From positions 18,910,001 through 18,974,000 of the forward strand of contig CM119379.1 in NCBI GenBank assembly GCA_051294905.1: 64,000 bases of DNA. Reading direction: 5' to 3'. Source of the DNA: Botryllus schlosseri (taxonomy: Eukaryota). Position numbers and translations under genes: made by a program. Below the pieces are notes generated by a model, which did no database searches, was not told the DNA's origin, and saw only the letters and a list, made by a program, of their open reading frames with translations. Below, piece by piece: positions 44,964 to 57,900 of this stretch. Each line of letters begins with the position of its first letter. Positions within the stretch are counted from its first letter, which is position 1.

Positions 44964-45029
44964 CTAAAACACCATTCGACTAACCGATGGTACAAAATTT
45001 GGGTTCTAGCATAGTTGAGGAGGGTTGGT

Positions 45030-45375
45030 TCGATTTGTTTGAAATAAGGTCAGATTTGTTTGAAATGAGGTCAGTCTCATGTTAGAAATAAGGATAGTCA
45101 TGTTTGAAATAAGGATAGTCGCTATATTCACTATAAGGTCAGTTGCAGTACCAGGCACGATTTCCCAGTGGTAAACCAGTCCGAACACATCCCAGACACC
45201 ATGTCTGAAAGACAACACAGGCCAAACACATCTCAGACACCATGTCCTAATAACAGCACATGCCGAATACACCTCAGACATGATGTTCGAACAAGCCGCA
45301 GACACGATGTCCTGGTGTCAACACAGTCCAAACACACCCAAGACATGATGTCCGAACACGCGCCAGACACGACAA
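45030..45375. repeat. Two adjacent degenerate minisatellites (about 21-bp tgtttgaaataaggtcag units; about 38-bp ccagacaccatgtc units)
   Basis: Read directly from the sequence. Confidence 0.7.
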
Positions 45376-45972
45376 TATCGAGTTGATATCACACATTGAA
45401 AGAAATATCGCTATTGGTCATTGGAGGGTAAACTATATGGACGATTTTCGTGACTACACAGTATAGTAGCAGTGGAGAGTCAGAGAACTATAATCTGGTA
45501 CTGCTAGACTGGCAATATTGATATTTCCTATAGCATAAAGTTGACCAGACGTATATTTCATGTCCTAGCATAGCTGTTTAAATAAATGCTCTGATGTTTT
45601 GGAAATGCACCTTAAGCTAGATGCCACATCTTCTGAATATTGTCTGAATATATCGGGGTTATTGGTGAAGGTGCTAGTTATTGGTTTTATCGGTATTGGC
45701 TTAAAAATATGATACCAACTCCAACACCAGACCTCTCAAAGTTATCCAATTTGGCTCGAAGATGCGGATATTATATACGTATAAGAATCCAAATTGTTAA
45801 TATACCAAGTGTACGTAGGGATAGCTATTACTAATTAAATTACTTCACACTCACTACTTCACCGATATACTTCACTGATCAAATAGGAAAATCTACAATT
45901 AATGACAGATGTTTACGGACGTTGGGTGTGCGCTATATGAGCAATGAGCATTCAATAACTATCTCTAAGTAC

Positions 45973-48900
45973 CTTCCGGATTCCCTTATCAATATTGACT
46001 TAGGCTGGGTCGAAGCGTTGGTCTTTGACGGCGTGGTTTCCTTGGTGAGCGGACTTGGCTGAGATTTGCCCAGAGTATCTTGAAGCCTTGCCTCCCGCCT
46101 TCTTTGTCTGGAGCTGATTAAAAAAGACGAAATGTAGAGAGCTTGTTTTTGATAGTAGTATATTCCCTGTCCAATACCGTATACTGCATTTAGAGTATCA
46201 CTGTTGTTGTCGTTTATTTATATATGTCCCTAGTGATGATATTGAAAAGAAATTCCATATTTCTCTTTCTCAACACAGCGCCATAGGCTCTTAATGAGTT
46301 TGAAAGGTTGGAATATTGGTACTAGGTCAGTTTTCACTTTCGCCGCAGGATAATTCCAAGCCCAATTATTATCCCGAATAAATAATTTTACATCATGCAA
46401 TAGCCAGTCGGTGTACATATGAGTATGTGACATTTGAGCATAGTATCTGTTAAAGCTGTGTTAGGTTAGGTTAGGTTTAGGGTTAACTTTGGGGTTAGCT
46501 TTGTGGTTAACAAGTCACATACTCATATTGTGTGCTAAAGTGAGGCATGTTCAAATGTTGGCAACGCTATAGCCAATTTTGGGGTTAGTTTTGTGGTTAA
46601 AAAGTCGCATGCTCAAGTGTTGTATGCTCAAGTGTTGCATGTTCAAATGTTGGCAACGATATACCCATTGTTGAAATAGTCAAAATCAAATCCGAGATTT
46701 TTCAAAATTCCGTTCCAAAATCTTGAAACCCAGCCTTTGCAAATTCCAATACAGAGAACCATGCAATTGTAGGAAGGGTCACATCAAAGCGTACCTGACA
46801 CTCGAGTTGCTAAGCCTGTCTTCGTCTCCCTCCGACTCACTTTGCGAGTAGAAATTCAGCCTTCCGCCTGGCATTTTCAAGGCGTAAACCTGACGAATTA
46901 AAAACATCGATCTTTGTAACAACGTTATTCGATCTAATCAGAGGTGATCATGGTTAGAAAAGAAGTACATCCACTTCCGATCAGCAGTTTTATTAGGCTA
47001 GACTACTCAATTATGCAATTGTAGATTTTGTAAGGTAGAATGTAGTTTAGGATAAGTTTGTATCCACTTATGAGTAAAATTGCCGTGACCAAAGAGAAAA
47101 ATAGCCACTGACTGAATAACGAATGTACTTCCCAGAAGTGCACCTTGTAGTGAACAACCGAATGCTAAAAGAATGCAGTGCCGTGACCCGTGACCAAATC
47201 TGCTTTTTTTAAATACCCAGTTCCTTTCGGATCTTTTAATTTCTATTTTCCATCAAAGTAGTTTTGACATGTCTAGGAAACCTACTTGTAATTAAGTTGA
47301 AATTCAGTCCATTATTTCTACTTGAGAGCCGCAACGTCGACTACTTTGACCACCCCTAGACCCGATATCCACGGCCGGACCTCTTACCTTTTTATCGGGA
47401 GTTCTATCCGGCACGCCAAACACAGGCGCTTGCGTGTTGCTTTGCTGAATTTGCCCGGTGGAAACTGTCAAAGCATACGTGGCGTTAAAATCGATACGGA
47501 AGCCCGCTCACCAATTTCAGCAAACTCACCTTGTTCCTCGACGTAAGTGCTGGGGAAATAGCCCTGTTTGCCGTCAGACGCCTTCTCGCCGAACCACCAA
47601 TTCGGGCTGTCCTTGTACAAGACCTTGATCAGGTCGCCGCGGACGACAGACAGCTCATCTGAGCGACATGCTTCGTACTCGAAGAGGACCACGACCTGAA
47701 GTTCATTGGACATGACACAATGCGATTGTAGTGACCGCGAGATTAACGAAAGATGCCGAATCCAACATTTTTGTTATAAATCAAGGGTTTGAGCCAAACA
47801 GTAGATTAGCAGTGGTTCACAAACTTCTTATATCTCATCCCACCTTAACCGAACACAACATGACTTTTCCCCCCTAAAAGTCTTAAGTCAACAGTAGCAA
47901 AGCAAATTTACTTTTATATACTTGTATTACTTACTCAAGTAGTTTTGTTCGATACTACTTCCACTTCAAAAGTTTTTATCCAGAAATATTAATTTTTGCA
48001 TATTTTTTGTCAAGTGAATGGTAGTTTCTGAATGCACTTCAATTACTTATATTAGGGGTCTCTCATTTTTACTCATCGCCCCTGCATGTCTTTATCCCAC
48101 TAAAAGCTTGAAGTTATTAATAACAAAGCAAAAATCTACTGGAGTAGTCAAGTAGTGCACTTGTACATGTACATGTATCACTTAATCAAGTAGTCTTGTT
48201 TGTATACATCTTCTACTTCACCTCTTTGGATGCAGAATACTAATTTTTGTATACTTGATTTGGTCGAGTGAAAAGTAGTTTGTGGAAGCACCTCGATTGC
48301 GTCTATGTGAGAATGAATCAGCAGACGAGCACAGGCCCAGTTAGGCTATATAGTTGAAATGTCTCACATTAAATACCAAATTTGGACAAAGTGAAAATGC
48401 ATTGGAGCCTATCGCTTTTGCATCGATGTCTACTGATTGAAAAACTGAAAATAAAAGCCTTAACAACTGGCGTTCTGTGGCCCCCTTGTATCGTGAAATG
48501 GCTCGCTCTGATAATCCCTTGATTACACCCATCACATTATACCCCAAATTAGCAATGAAAAGTCGCATATGTAAACAGCAGCCTGGGCATATCGCCAACT
48601 GCGCGGTGCTCTACCAATAACTAGAAAAAAGCATTACCAAGCTTTGCTGTTGAGACCCCGGCGGAGCTTGGATTTGTAGAACTTGCTGGCCGTCCTTGCC
48701 GGTTGTGAACGAAAGATCTGGTGCTACACCAGTCTTGTAGGGGCTGCCGCCAACTAGATCAAAACATGATAACATTATGGGAAATAACACAACGAACTCA
48801 GTTATATATAGTAGGGGGTGAATTTTCATATACAGAAGTAAGACAACAACTGCAAAAAGTAAGTGGGCTACGGCAGTTGGTCTCAGATAAAAACGACAAG

Positions 48901-51900
48901 ATGAGACACGGATCACATGTAAAGATCAGCGCTGTAGAAACGGAGTCATGTTAAATTTTCTCTTGATGAAGTCGTAGCTATTTTGTAACACCCTTTCGAC
49001 TACTTTAAAATTGAGCTAAATGTTCTCAAATGTTACTATCACGTTTCGCTGCATCATGAACTTAATTTCTTGTGGTATATCGAAAATGGAAGTCTAATTG
49101 GAGGTTGGTGGAAAAGTGCACCGATTTCAAAGTGCCGGAAAAGCTATCGGAAAAATCTCTTTTTTCCATAACAGGCATCAGTCTGATACCTTACGAGAAA
49201 GATGTTAAACACATTAACACAACATCTCACTTCAAAGAGTGGGAACAATGAAAAATCTGAATTGAAACAAAATCAAACCTGACACAACCGATCTTTGATC
49301 TCTACGGCCCGCCCTGATGTATTTATCGGCCACGGCTCTCGCGTCCGGACTCGCGTGCGGTGATAGGAAAGACGGAGCCAAGACGCTACCCCGCATCTAA
49401 TCAAATGCAAGGCATTTTCACTGGGTGGCGTTGTTAGGCAATAAAACAAGCGTACATGTGAGCCGCTGTCGAATGACGAATCCAGGTTCGACAAGGAATC
49501 GTTGAGTTTGTAAGGAGACGGCGATCTTGATATTCTGCTGGGGGGATCGGCCTGAAGCAATGTATCATATAAGAATTTATATTCAATACTTCCCAATATG
49601 CGTCAGTGTGTGGATAGAAATGGGCCACATTTTACGCAGTGAAATACCGTAACGTGTCAGAAACACACTCCCGGTGGGAATTTTCGAGATCAAATCTGCT
49701 AATTGCGGATACAAACTCAAAGATCTCGAATCCACGAGAGCTATTTCTGGTGGATTTTGATTGTGACGTAACTGCGCAAGAAGTGGAGAAGGCATGGTGC
49801 AATTAGTTTCAATTTCAGTTATTTCCATAAAATTAAAAAGAATTACGAACTGGGAAAGAGAGAGCGAGTTGATTCAGTTTCGGCATCAAAAAGAACAGAA
49901 ATACTCATAGAATACCTGGACAACAACAAAATTGACAAAGCGGTTACCAGTTTTGTTACCAAATGAAGATAAGGTAAATGTCAATATCATCAAGATCAAA
50001 TTAATATTTATTGGATCAAAGCGATTTTCCAGATATTCCAGACCATAAAGCAAAGTCCGCGACCCAACTGGAGGTATAGCAAATTCGGTAAACGGAATTC
50101 ACTACGGAGATTACTGCATAAACTCGATTAAAATGAAAGATCTCCGGGTCCCCATGATACTTTGGTGTCCAGCAAATCGGATGCCAGATCATTCTATTGG
50201 AAGATATTATAACACATCCAATATCAGTATGAGACCGACATCATCGAAGATCAGTACAGCAGGAATAGCTAAATGCTAGGCAAGCAAGGTCATTGCGATA
50301 GAAAATGCCTGTCTGTATAATTGCAATGATTTTCAAGTCATTCTTGGTACATCACTGGTCTCTCTACCAAACTTCTTCAATCAGCTTCAGCCTGTGAACC
50401 CCGAATAATCACTTCCAGGGACAAGCTACCCTCCTAACCGTGTCTATCTGAACGAAGCTCATGCAAATTATCATCACATTCAACTAAATCACTTTTTACC
50501 GGCAACTGTTCTTCGGTGTTAGACAATCTTCTATCTCCTTCATCTGCGACTTCCTTCAAATTTCATAAACAATGAATTAAGAACGGCACACTTTAAGCAG
50601 CAATGATGGATTCATGCAGAAAATTATAATCGGCTCCGCCATGGACACGCGTCAACTGACCAGGCGTCAATACGGATGTGAAACATTGGAAAATGTTGGT
50701 GTCAGAAAAACCTCGAAATATCGGCCTACAATAGAAAACGACCTATTCCGACAGAACTGCAAATTTTAGTGTTTAAATTACAAGCGGAACTTATCAGAGT
50801 CAACGACAAATAGTTCATTCCATGACATACGAGACTTTCTTTGCATGCTTCTGCGCCGATAGTCTTGCGTTAAATAGTTACAGTGCACTAATTTTCCTTG
50901 CTATTTCAAATAGCTCGTTCGCACCGACACTCTCTCTACTATCTTTTATCGCAATTTTGCGATGTTTTGAACTGATGGAAATATTAATATAAGAATAAAT
51001 GAAATGAGCATGACAATCCACAACTTGAATATCGATTGAATATGTTGCACGTTTCAATCCGGTGGTCTGTGATTTGCTAATAGGATTTGCGTGATGAATT
51101 ACACTCACCAGAACAGAATCTAACTGATTCTTTATTCGATTCAAAGTCACCGTGCCTTTAGCCGCTTCAACGTGAGCGTTTACGGACATAGCTGAAAGCA
51201 AAACAGCAATGGAACGTACTCGATTGTTGATACCGATATAAAACTAACTTGTATCATCCTCTTGACTTTCATTAGTGAAGATAGGCTTGAATCCGGCTTC
51301 CATCGTTGCAACTGAGTCGAGCAAATCAAAAACAATTAACACATAGACTGCAATAGTCCTTATTAAACCATCTTTTAAATTCCAATTGCAATATTTCATC
51401 GAGCATTAGTCGTATGAAAGCAAAGATGGTTTATTTCGAAAGTGACAAACTTCCAGCATGCAAGTAAGGCAAGTGAGAAACCAGAATCAAGAGATAACGA
51501 TACATAAATTTATGAAATTATACGATAAAACAGTACCAACCTGCACTATTAAACTTATAGAGCAGGATCGACTGGCTCGCTGCGTACGAGCAAAACGCAA
51601 CAATATGATCGTGGGGATGGTAAATGACAGAGTGAACGGCGTTCTGATATCCGAGCTCGTCGTACTTCGCAACTTGGTCACCTGATGGTTGGAATTTGTA
51701 TATAGGAATCGAGAAGATAAAGTCATGGTAAAAGCGCATCGGCCAATATCACTCGACTTTAAAATGTTCGAATAGCTATAAAGTTGCAATCACAGACATA
51801 TGGCTATGCTAGATAGTGCCCGCATGAGTAGAACTTCAACCTATAATTGAACAAGCCAGCAAAAAATGCTCATATTCCAAATCGAAAGTGATCAGAGAAG

Positions 51901-54900
51901 ACTTAAGCCCGATATTTACAACCCAGGGCTGAAAAAATAACGGCCCGCTCACCAGTGTCTACGTTCCACACATAAACGCATCCGTCTTCGCTCCCGGAAA
52001 AAATCAGACTACCACACGGCGTCAGAGACGACCTCAAAAGCTGTCGGTAATTGACGAGCCCCGTGAATTTCTTAATGGAATGGCTAAAAATAGAAGCATT
52101 AAGCGTCAAACGAAATCGGCTGACAGGCCGAGCTAAGGGTCGTTACATTCGAGAGTCCAAAAGCCGAACGCTTGAGTCCCGGCAATGAATCAGGATCTTG
52201 TTGTTCCTCGGATGGAGACGCAGGCTGTTGACACAGACGCCGGCAAGGTCCTTGTCTTCGATTTTCTGGAAACAAGGATTGTTCTTTCGTTGAGTTGGCA
52301 GATTTTCAGAACAGTGATTTATTCCGGACGAACTTTTCGCCCGTATTAGGGTTGCAACCCTCCCCTAACTGCTACAACTGACCTCGGCGAGCGTTACTTT
52401 TAAAATTAATTTCTTAGGTCATACGTTGCCAAATTGGTAGTCATTAAAAATTCTGCTTATATACTTGTTATTGCGCCGTTAACTCTGGACAAGGAACACA
52501 CGAAAAAGAGCCTTTGAGTTGAATAAATGGATGCTGCAATGAATGTAGTCTGGCATTAGTTCTAAAATTACATTGTATATGATACTTAACCAAATTCCTT
52601 TCAATTCGAATCTCCGTTTTCATGCTTTGCTCTTGATAAAGGGCACACGAAAAAAGTATGAGAGTTACATAATTATACTGCAACGAATGTAGTCTGGCAT
52701 TCTATATTATATTGTTTTGTCATACTTTGTCAAATTGTTTTCATTTGAATCTCTAATTATATTGTTGTTATTGCGCTACCAACTCTTGATAAGCGACATA
52801 CGAAAATTATTGAAGATACGAAAACGCACATATTTGATTGTCCAATTCGTTTTAATATTCTTTTTCGCCTTCTCGTGAGAGCGACAGTCCCAGCACACAA
52901 TGATTCCAGCGCCATCGCCGCTGAACATGTTGAGCCCTTGAACGACAAAAGTTATCAGCCGAAAACGAGACGCCTTCACCGATCGCACACACCTGTGCTG
53001 TCGAAAATTATTGAATTGATCATGACTTTGTGGACGTCCAGCTCCTGCGTGAGTTGGGACCTCTGCGAGGCGGTGTTCCAAACGCGAACTGTTGAATCGT
53101 ATCCGCCTGCGGGTGGAAAAGCTTAATTTTTCGTATGAGTAATTACCGTAATTTTCCAAGCATAGCACGCCTCCATGTATAATACGCACCCTTAAAATGG
53201 CATGCAAATTCTGGGGAAAAGCCTGTACCCATGTATAGTACGCACCTGGCATTCGCTGTACACGAATAGCTCTGTTTTAGTATACTATGTTGACATGTCG
53301 TTCTGTTTTGCGATGTCACTGTTCAATCATGATATAACGATCGCTAATCATTATGCGATTAACGGCATTGTCTCTAAACGGTGGTAGATAGCAGCCGAAG
53401 CTTGCGAGATACTTCAGGCATGCGACACGACATCTTGCGCACGAGGCCTATTACAGACACAATTGCCCAGGTTAACGGTTATGTCGTGCGCACTAGGTCT
53501 TTTAGAGATGCGACCGATTACGCAAGCGATTATATCTTGCGCGCATGGCCTGTTGTATATGCGATTGTTAAGGCCTGTCGTTGACGCAATGACCTAATTG
53601 CTCTCGCGTACAAACGGCAAACCAACTCAGCAGGAGACCACGTGCTGTGCTGCTCGTTAATTGGCAACACACTCCTCGCTAATTGGCAGCTCGTTATGCT
53701 GATAATACGAATTGCTGGGCGCGATGGCTGAAACTGATGCGCGATTGGAAACAACCGTGAAGAAAGGTGTGATTTCAAGTTTTTTATCGAGGTCGATTGT
53801 TCAAGGCTTGTTGTACCCATGTATAATACGAACCCCCCGATTTTAGGGCAAAAAATCATGAAAATTTTGCGCATTATACATGGAAAATTACGGTAATTAT
53901 GTTATTGATGAATAACTGAATGTGTCGAAGAGCATTGTGTGGATTTAGACACAAATCGAGTGTGCTCTGTTCAGTGGTCTAAGTAGGGGGTAGGGAGTCA
54001 CCTCTACTTTTTCCAAGTACTGAAATACTTTTTGCCTCCCTACACTACTTTCTCAAATGAATATGATTTTAGACTAATTCTACTTCACTGCGTTCAGTTT
54101 TTCTTCGATCAAACCAGGCCTAGAATACTTACGTTTTACTTACTTGGAAATCGCGACTTCTACTTGGACTTCAGTAGTAATTTACTTCGTCACTTCTAAT
54201 TGAGTACCAATGATTATTATTTTGACCACCCATGCCCCTAAGTTCGTCAACAGAAGGAAACTTATGTGATCCTTGTATTATCAGCATTTAAGCATGTACT
54301 ACGCTACCTGGGTCAATTCGGAAAGTTTTTAAATCCCCTTTTCCACGAACCTGTACATTTTTAATCGGCTGTGTTGTCAATGTAGAATTATATTATAATA
54401 GAAATATAGCATGAAGCACGGTTGGGTTAGGAGCAAAAAAAGAGTTACAAATTGAGAACTGATGACCGGTAGAAACTATTGACTCGAATGAACCGTTTAG
54501 GTGAGACGTAAAAAAAGTGTTCCATGCAGTTAATTTGTAACAGCGAAACAAAAGCGAATTTTGATTATATTGTCTTTTAGGTTGGATTGAACAGAACACC
54601 GTGCACCCAACACGGTTTGTCTGCGATTTTGCTGACAGCCTCTCCACAACAAAGTTAAAACATACCGGTAGCGATAAGATGAGAAGCTATGGGGTGATAC
54701 GAAGCGGTGTAGACGTAAGACGGATGAGGTAGCGTCTGTATCGGTTTTTCTCGCTTGCTAACGTCCCACACTCTAAGAACAGATTTTGAATAAAGTCGTG
54801 GTGAATTTACTCGGGGAAAAGACGTTCGTACTGAGCTGTTCCGTCAGCAGAAGCAGACAACAAGTATTGGTCGTTTTTCGACCATTCCAAGTCGTAGACG

Positions 54901-57900
54901 AGTTGCTGGTGTCCTGTTATGACGCCGATTTCGTCGCCGCTCGGAATGCTGTACACTGGAAGACAGATGAATTTTCTCAATACAGAATCGTGAGAAAATT
55001 CGGTGACATAAAACAAATTTCACTCTAATCGCGCCACCAAGAATGACCAATGATCTAGGCTAGTGAGATGTAAGTTCACAGAAAAGACACGATAGGTTCA
55101 ATTCAAACAATAAACACTAACAAGAGAGAGATAATCTTAATAAACTGACACTAATTAAAAGATTTACTTGAGATATGTCATATTTTTTATATTGGCAGGT
55201 ATAATAGGGGATTTTTGTCAGTTGACTCTATGTATGTGTGTCATGAAAAGACACAAGATGAAGATGAAGCACTATTCAAACAGACTCATATAAATCCAAT
55301 CACTAATAAAAATCTTACACAGAATCGGATAAGTTGCTTCATGGCGGCAAGCCACGGCTAATCTTGTTCCGCGATGTGAAAACTGCATCGTAAACGCTCC
55401 ATCCGATCCGGCCCACAATCTCAGCATCGGAGCGTTCGGTATTTTGCAAGTCTAAATGAAGCAGTAAACTTGAATGAGGACATTTTTTTTATAGATAAGT
55501 AAATGGGAATGTGGAATCTGTGTCCCGGGGTGAAACTATGCGTGGCCCACAAGGCGTGCTTCTAATTTAGCTCTATCCAGTATGTTTGAGCGAAGGGCCA
55601 AAATAGCACTAAAATATCTCTATGTTGACTATGCACTATGTATGTGACAATATATTCGATAAACAATTTCTATCGTCATTTGCCTTCAGGTTTTCAAGAA
55701 TACTACGCATATTACCTGGCATGCTGGTTAAAGGTTGCACACCCCTGGGCTGAATAATTAGAATCATCGAAGCAGCGAATGAAATACATTACCAATGCAA
55801 ATATATGCAACCGTGTGCACAACTCAAAGTTGCAACAAGGTTAAAATGACTAGTCAGCAGGATAAATGGTCCTGGTCCAATTTTGGCCTATCACTACATC
55901 CAGAGGTGGTCAGTAACATTGTACTTCTGCGTTATCGGAGTACTAAAGAAGCTTTTGTCTACTCACACTACTTACTCAAGACTTTAGTTTACCTCTACTT
56001 CTACTGTACAGTTATCAGTTACTTAAAAAAAGTCGGCCTAGGATACTTAATTTCTTACTTAGTAGGAAATGTTCTACTTGCACTTGAGTAGAAATTTATG
56101 ATTTTCCGTCTACTCAAGCACCAACGACAACTACTTTAACCAGATCTAATTACATCAAAGTATAAGCCACGAGTAAACTGGGAGCTTGCGACTTGAGTCA
56201 TAGCAGCTTGACTTCATCGAAGATTTTGAAAAAGATACGCATCTCAATACAAAATCCCCGTCTTCCGACTCCACGTTACCTGTCCGGGCAGCCTGGACCA
56301 CTGCTGCATCTCCGCCAAGTCGTCCAACTGATCGCGAAGCTGACTTTCGGACGCCGAACGTTCCAAGGATTCATTGAGCTGATTGTAAGTCAGCGAGCTC
56401 TCTTCTCGTTGGAGAGCGGAAAGTGACCGGAGAGAGGACGCCATCTATGGAAATAACGACGACAATGACAAAGCCGGGTCGCGCTGACAGTGAAACACGA
56501 GTACGACAGGCTTAATCGCAGAACAAGTGAAGGAGTCTGAGTAAAAACATTCCGGGCTTTATAATCTTTTAGGCGAATGGTGTCACCACATGAGAGAATG
56601 TCTAGCAGAGATGAGCATGGATTAGGATTAGGTTTTGAAAAAACAGGATTTGTGAAATTTTATCGGATTTGGATTAGACATTTTTTTCAGAGCTGATCAG
56701 GATTTGGATTGGATTGAACTATTTTCTGGGAGATTGAAATGTCGTGTGGCGAATGGCGACAAACTTTATTCAGATCAGTTATTAATGTACTTATGGTTAC
56801 TAAGTTATCTTGAATCAAGTGAATCGTTGGTTGTGAAAGAAAATTTTCGAATCCCTCCATTGCATAAATTAATATTTTTTCTGAATTTCCAGTTGAAATC
56901 GGATTAGGATTGGACATGGACTTGAATATGAAAAAGTTATGGATTAGGATTTGGATTTGAAGGTTCGGATTTGGATTGGATTAGGACATAGAAATTTCAA
57001 ATCCGCTCATCTCTGATGTCTAGGCCAGTGGTTCCCAGCTGCCGGTTCAACTTTCTAGCAAATATGGTAAAATTTTAAATTTTGATTGCAAAATGCATTT
57101 GAACGTAATAAAGACTTTGTGGTCGACTTTGGACTTGACGTACGTCGCAATGCCGCAACTGTTGTACCAAAGTGTTGAAAAATAGAGTATGCCTACAGGT
57201 AATTTAGGACTTTTTAAACAAAATTCGTTAAATTTTTACACTACAATTAAGTAACATTTGACAGTATAACAGTGGCTGGCAAAGAGCAAAGTCGTATTAC
57301 TTCCAATAGTCAAAATAGAGTCAGTGGTCTTGACAGGACTTTACCTTACAGAAACTTCAATACAGACACACATCACAGTTGTCACACATAAAACACAGCA
57401 GGAAATTTCTCATCAAATTCAACTTCGTATTCATTGCTTTGAGTTGTATAATTTTGTCGTGATTACATTCTGGGTTTCGGCTACACATGAAAGTTCACCG
57501 GTCTGCAAGCTGAATAGGCGGAGAGCCAGTGGTCAATTTTGAGTATATTCCAGGATTTCACACTGCTTTTGCACCATGGTCAGGATTTTGCCAGCACAGA
57601 ACAAACTCTTATTAGCAATTTTGACAGAGTGGTCATAAACTGTCAGGATTCTATAAGACTCGAAGGCTAGCACATTAACACTTGACCTCTGAAAACAGCA
57701 TAAAATATGAATACGCAAAGTAAGCCACAGTAGTTCTTCAGCTATAATATCCCCGTTTCAAAGGAAAAAATGTTTAGACAAACTTTTGACAATCAACGTA
57801 GCGAAGTTTTCAGGTCAATTGTAACCAGTTACCATCAATAAATTAATTAGAAAGAGATAATTTATTGATGAAAGTAAAGGTATGCTTACATCGCCTGGTA

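Noticed and set aside
49583-49828. hAT dimerisation-domain remnant (YPQLADL...IP.GS)
   Set aside because: Similarity is too short and weak; no flanking TIRs or other transposase motifs.
57533-57718. Extra AHI1 exon
   Set aside because: Exons 57890-57993 and 56280-56444 join in phase and collinearly with vertebrate AHI1 without it.
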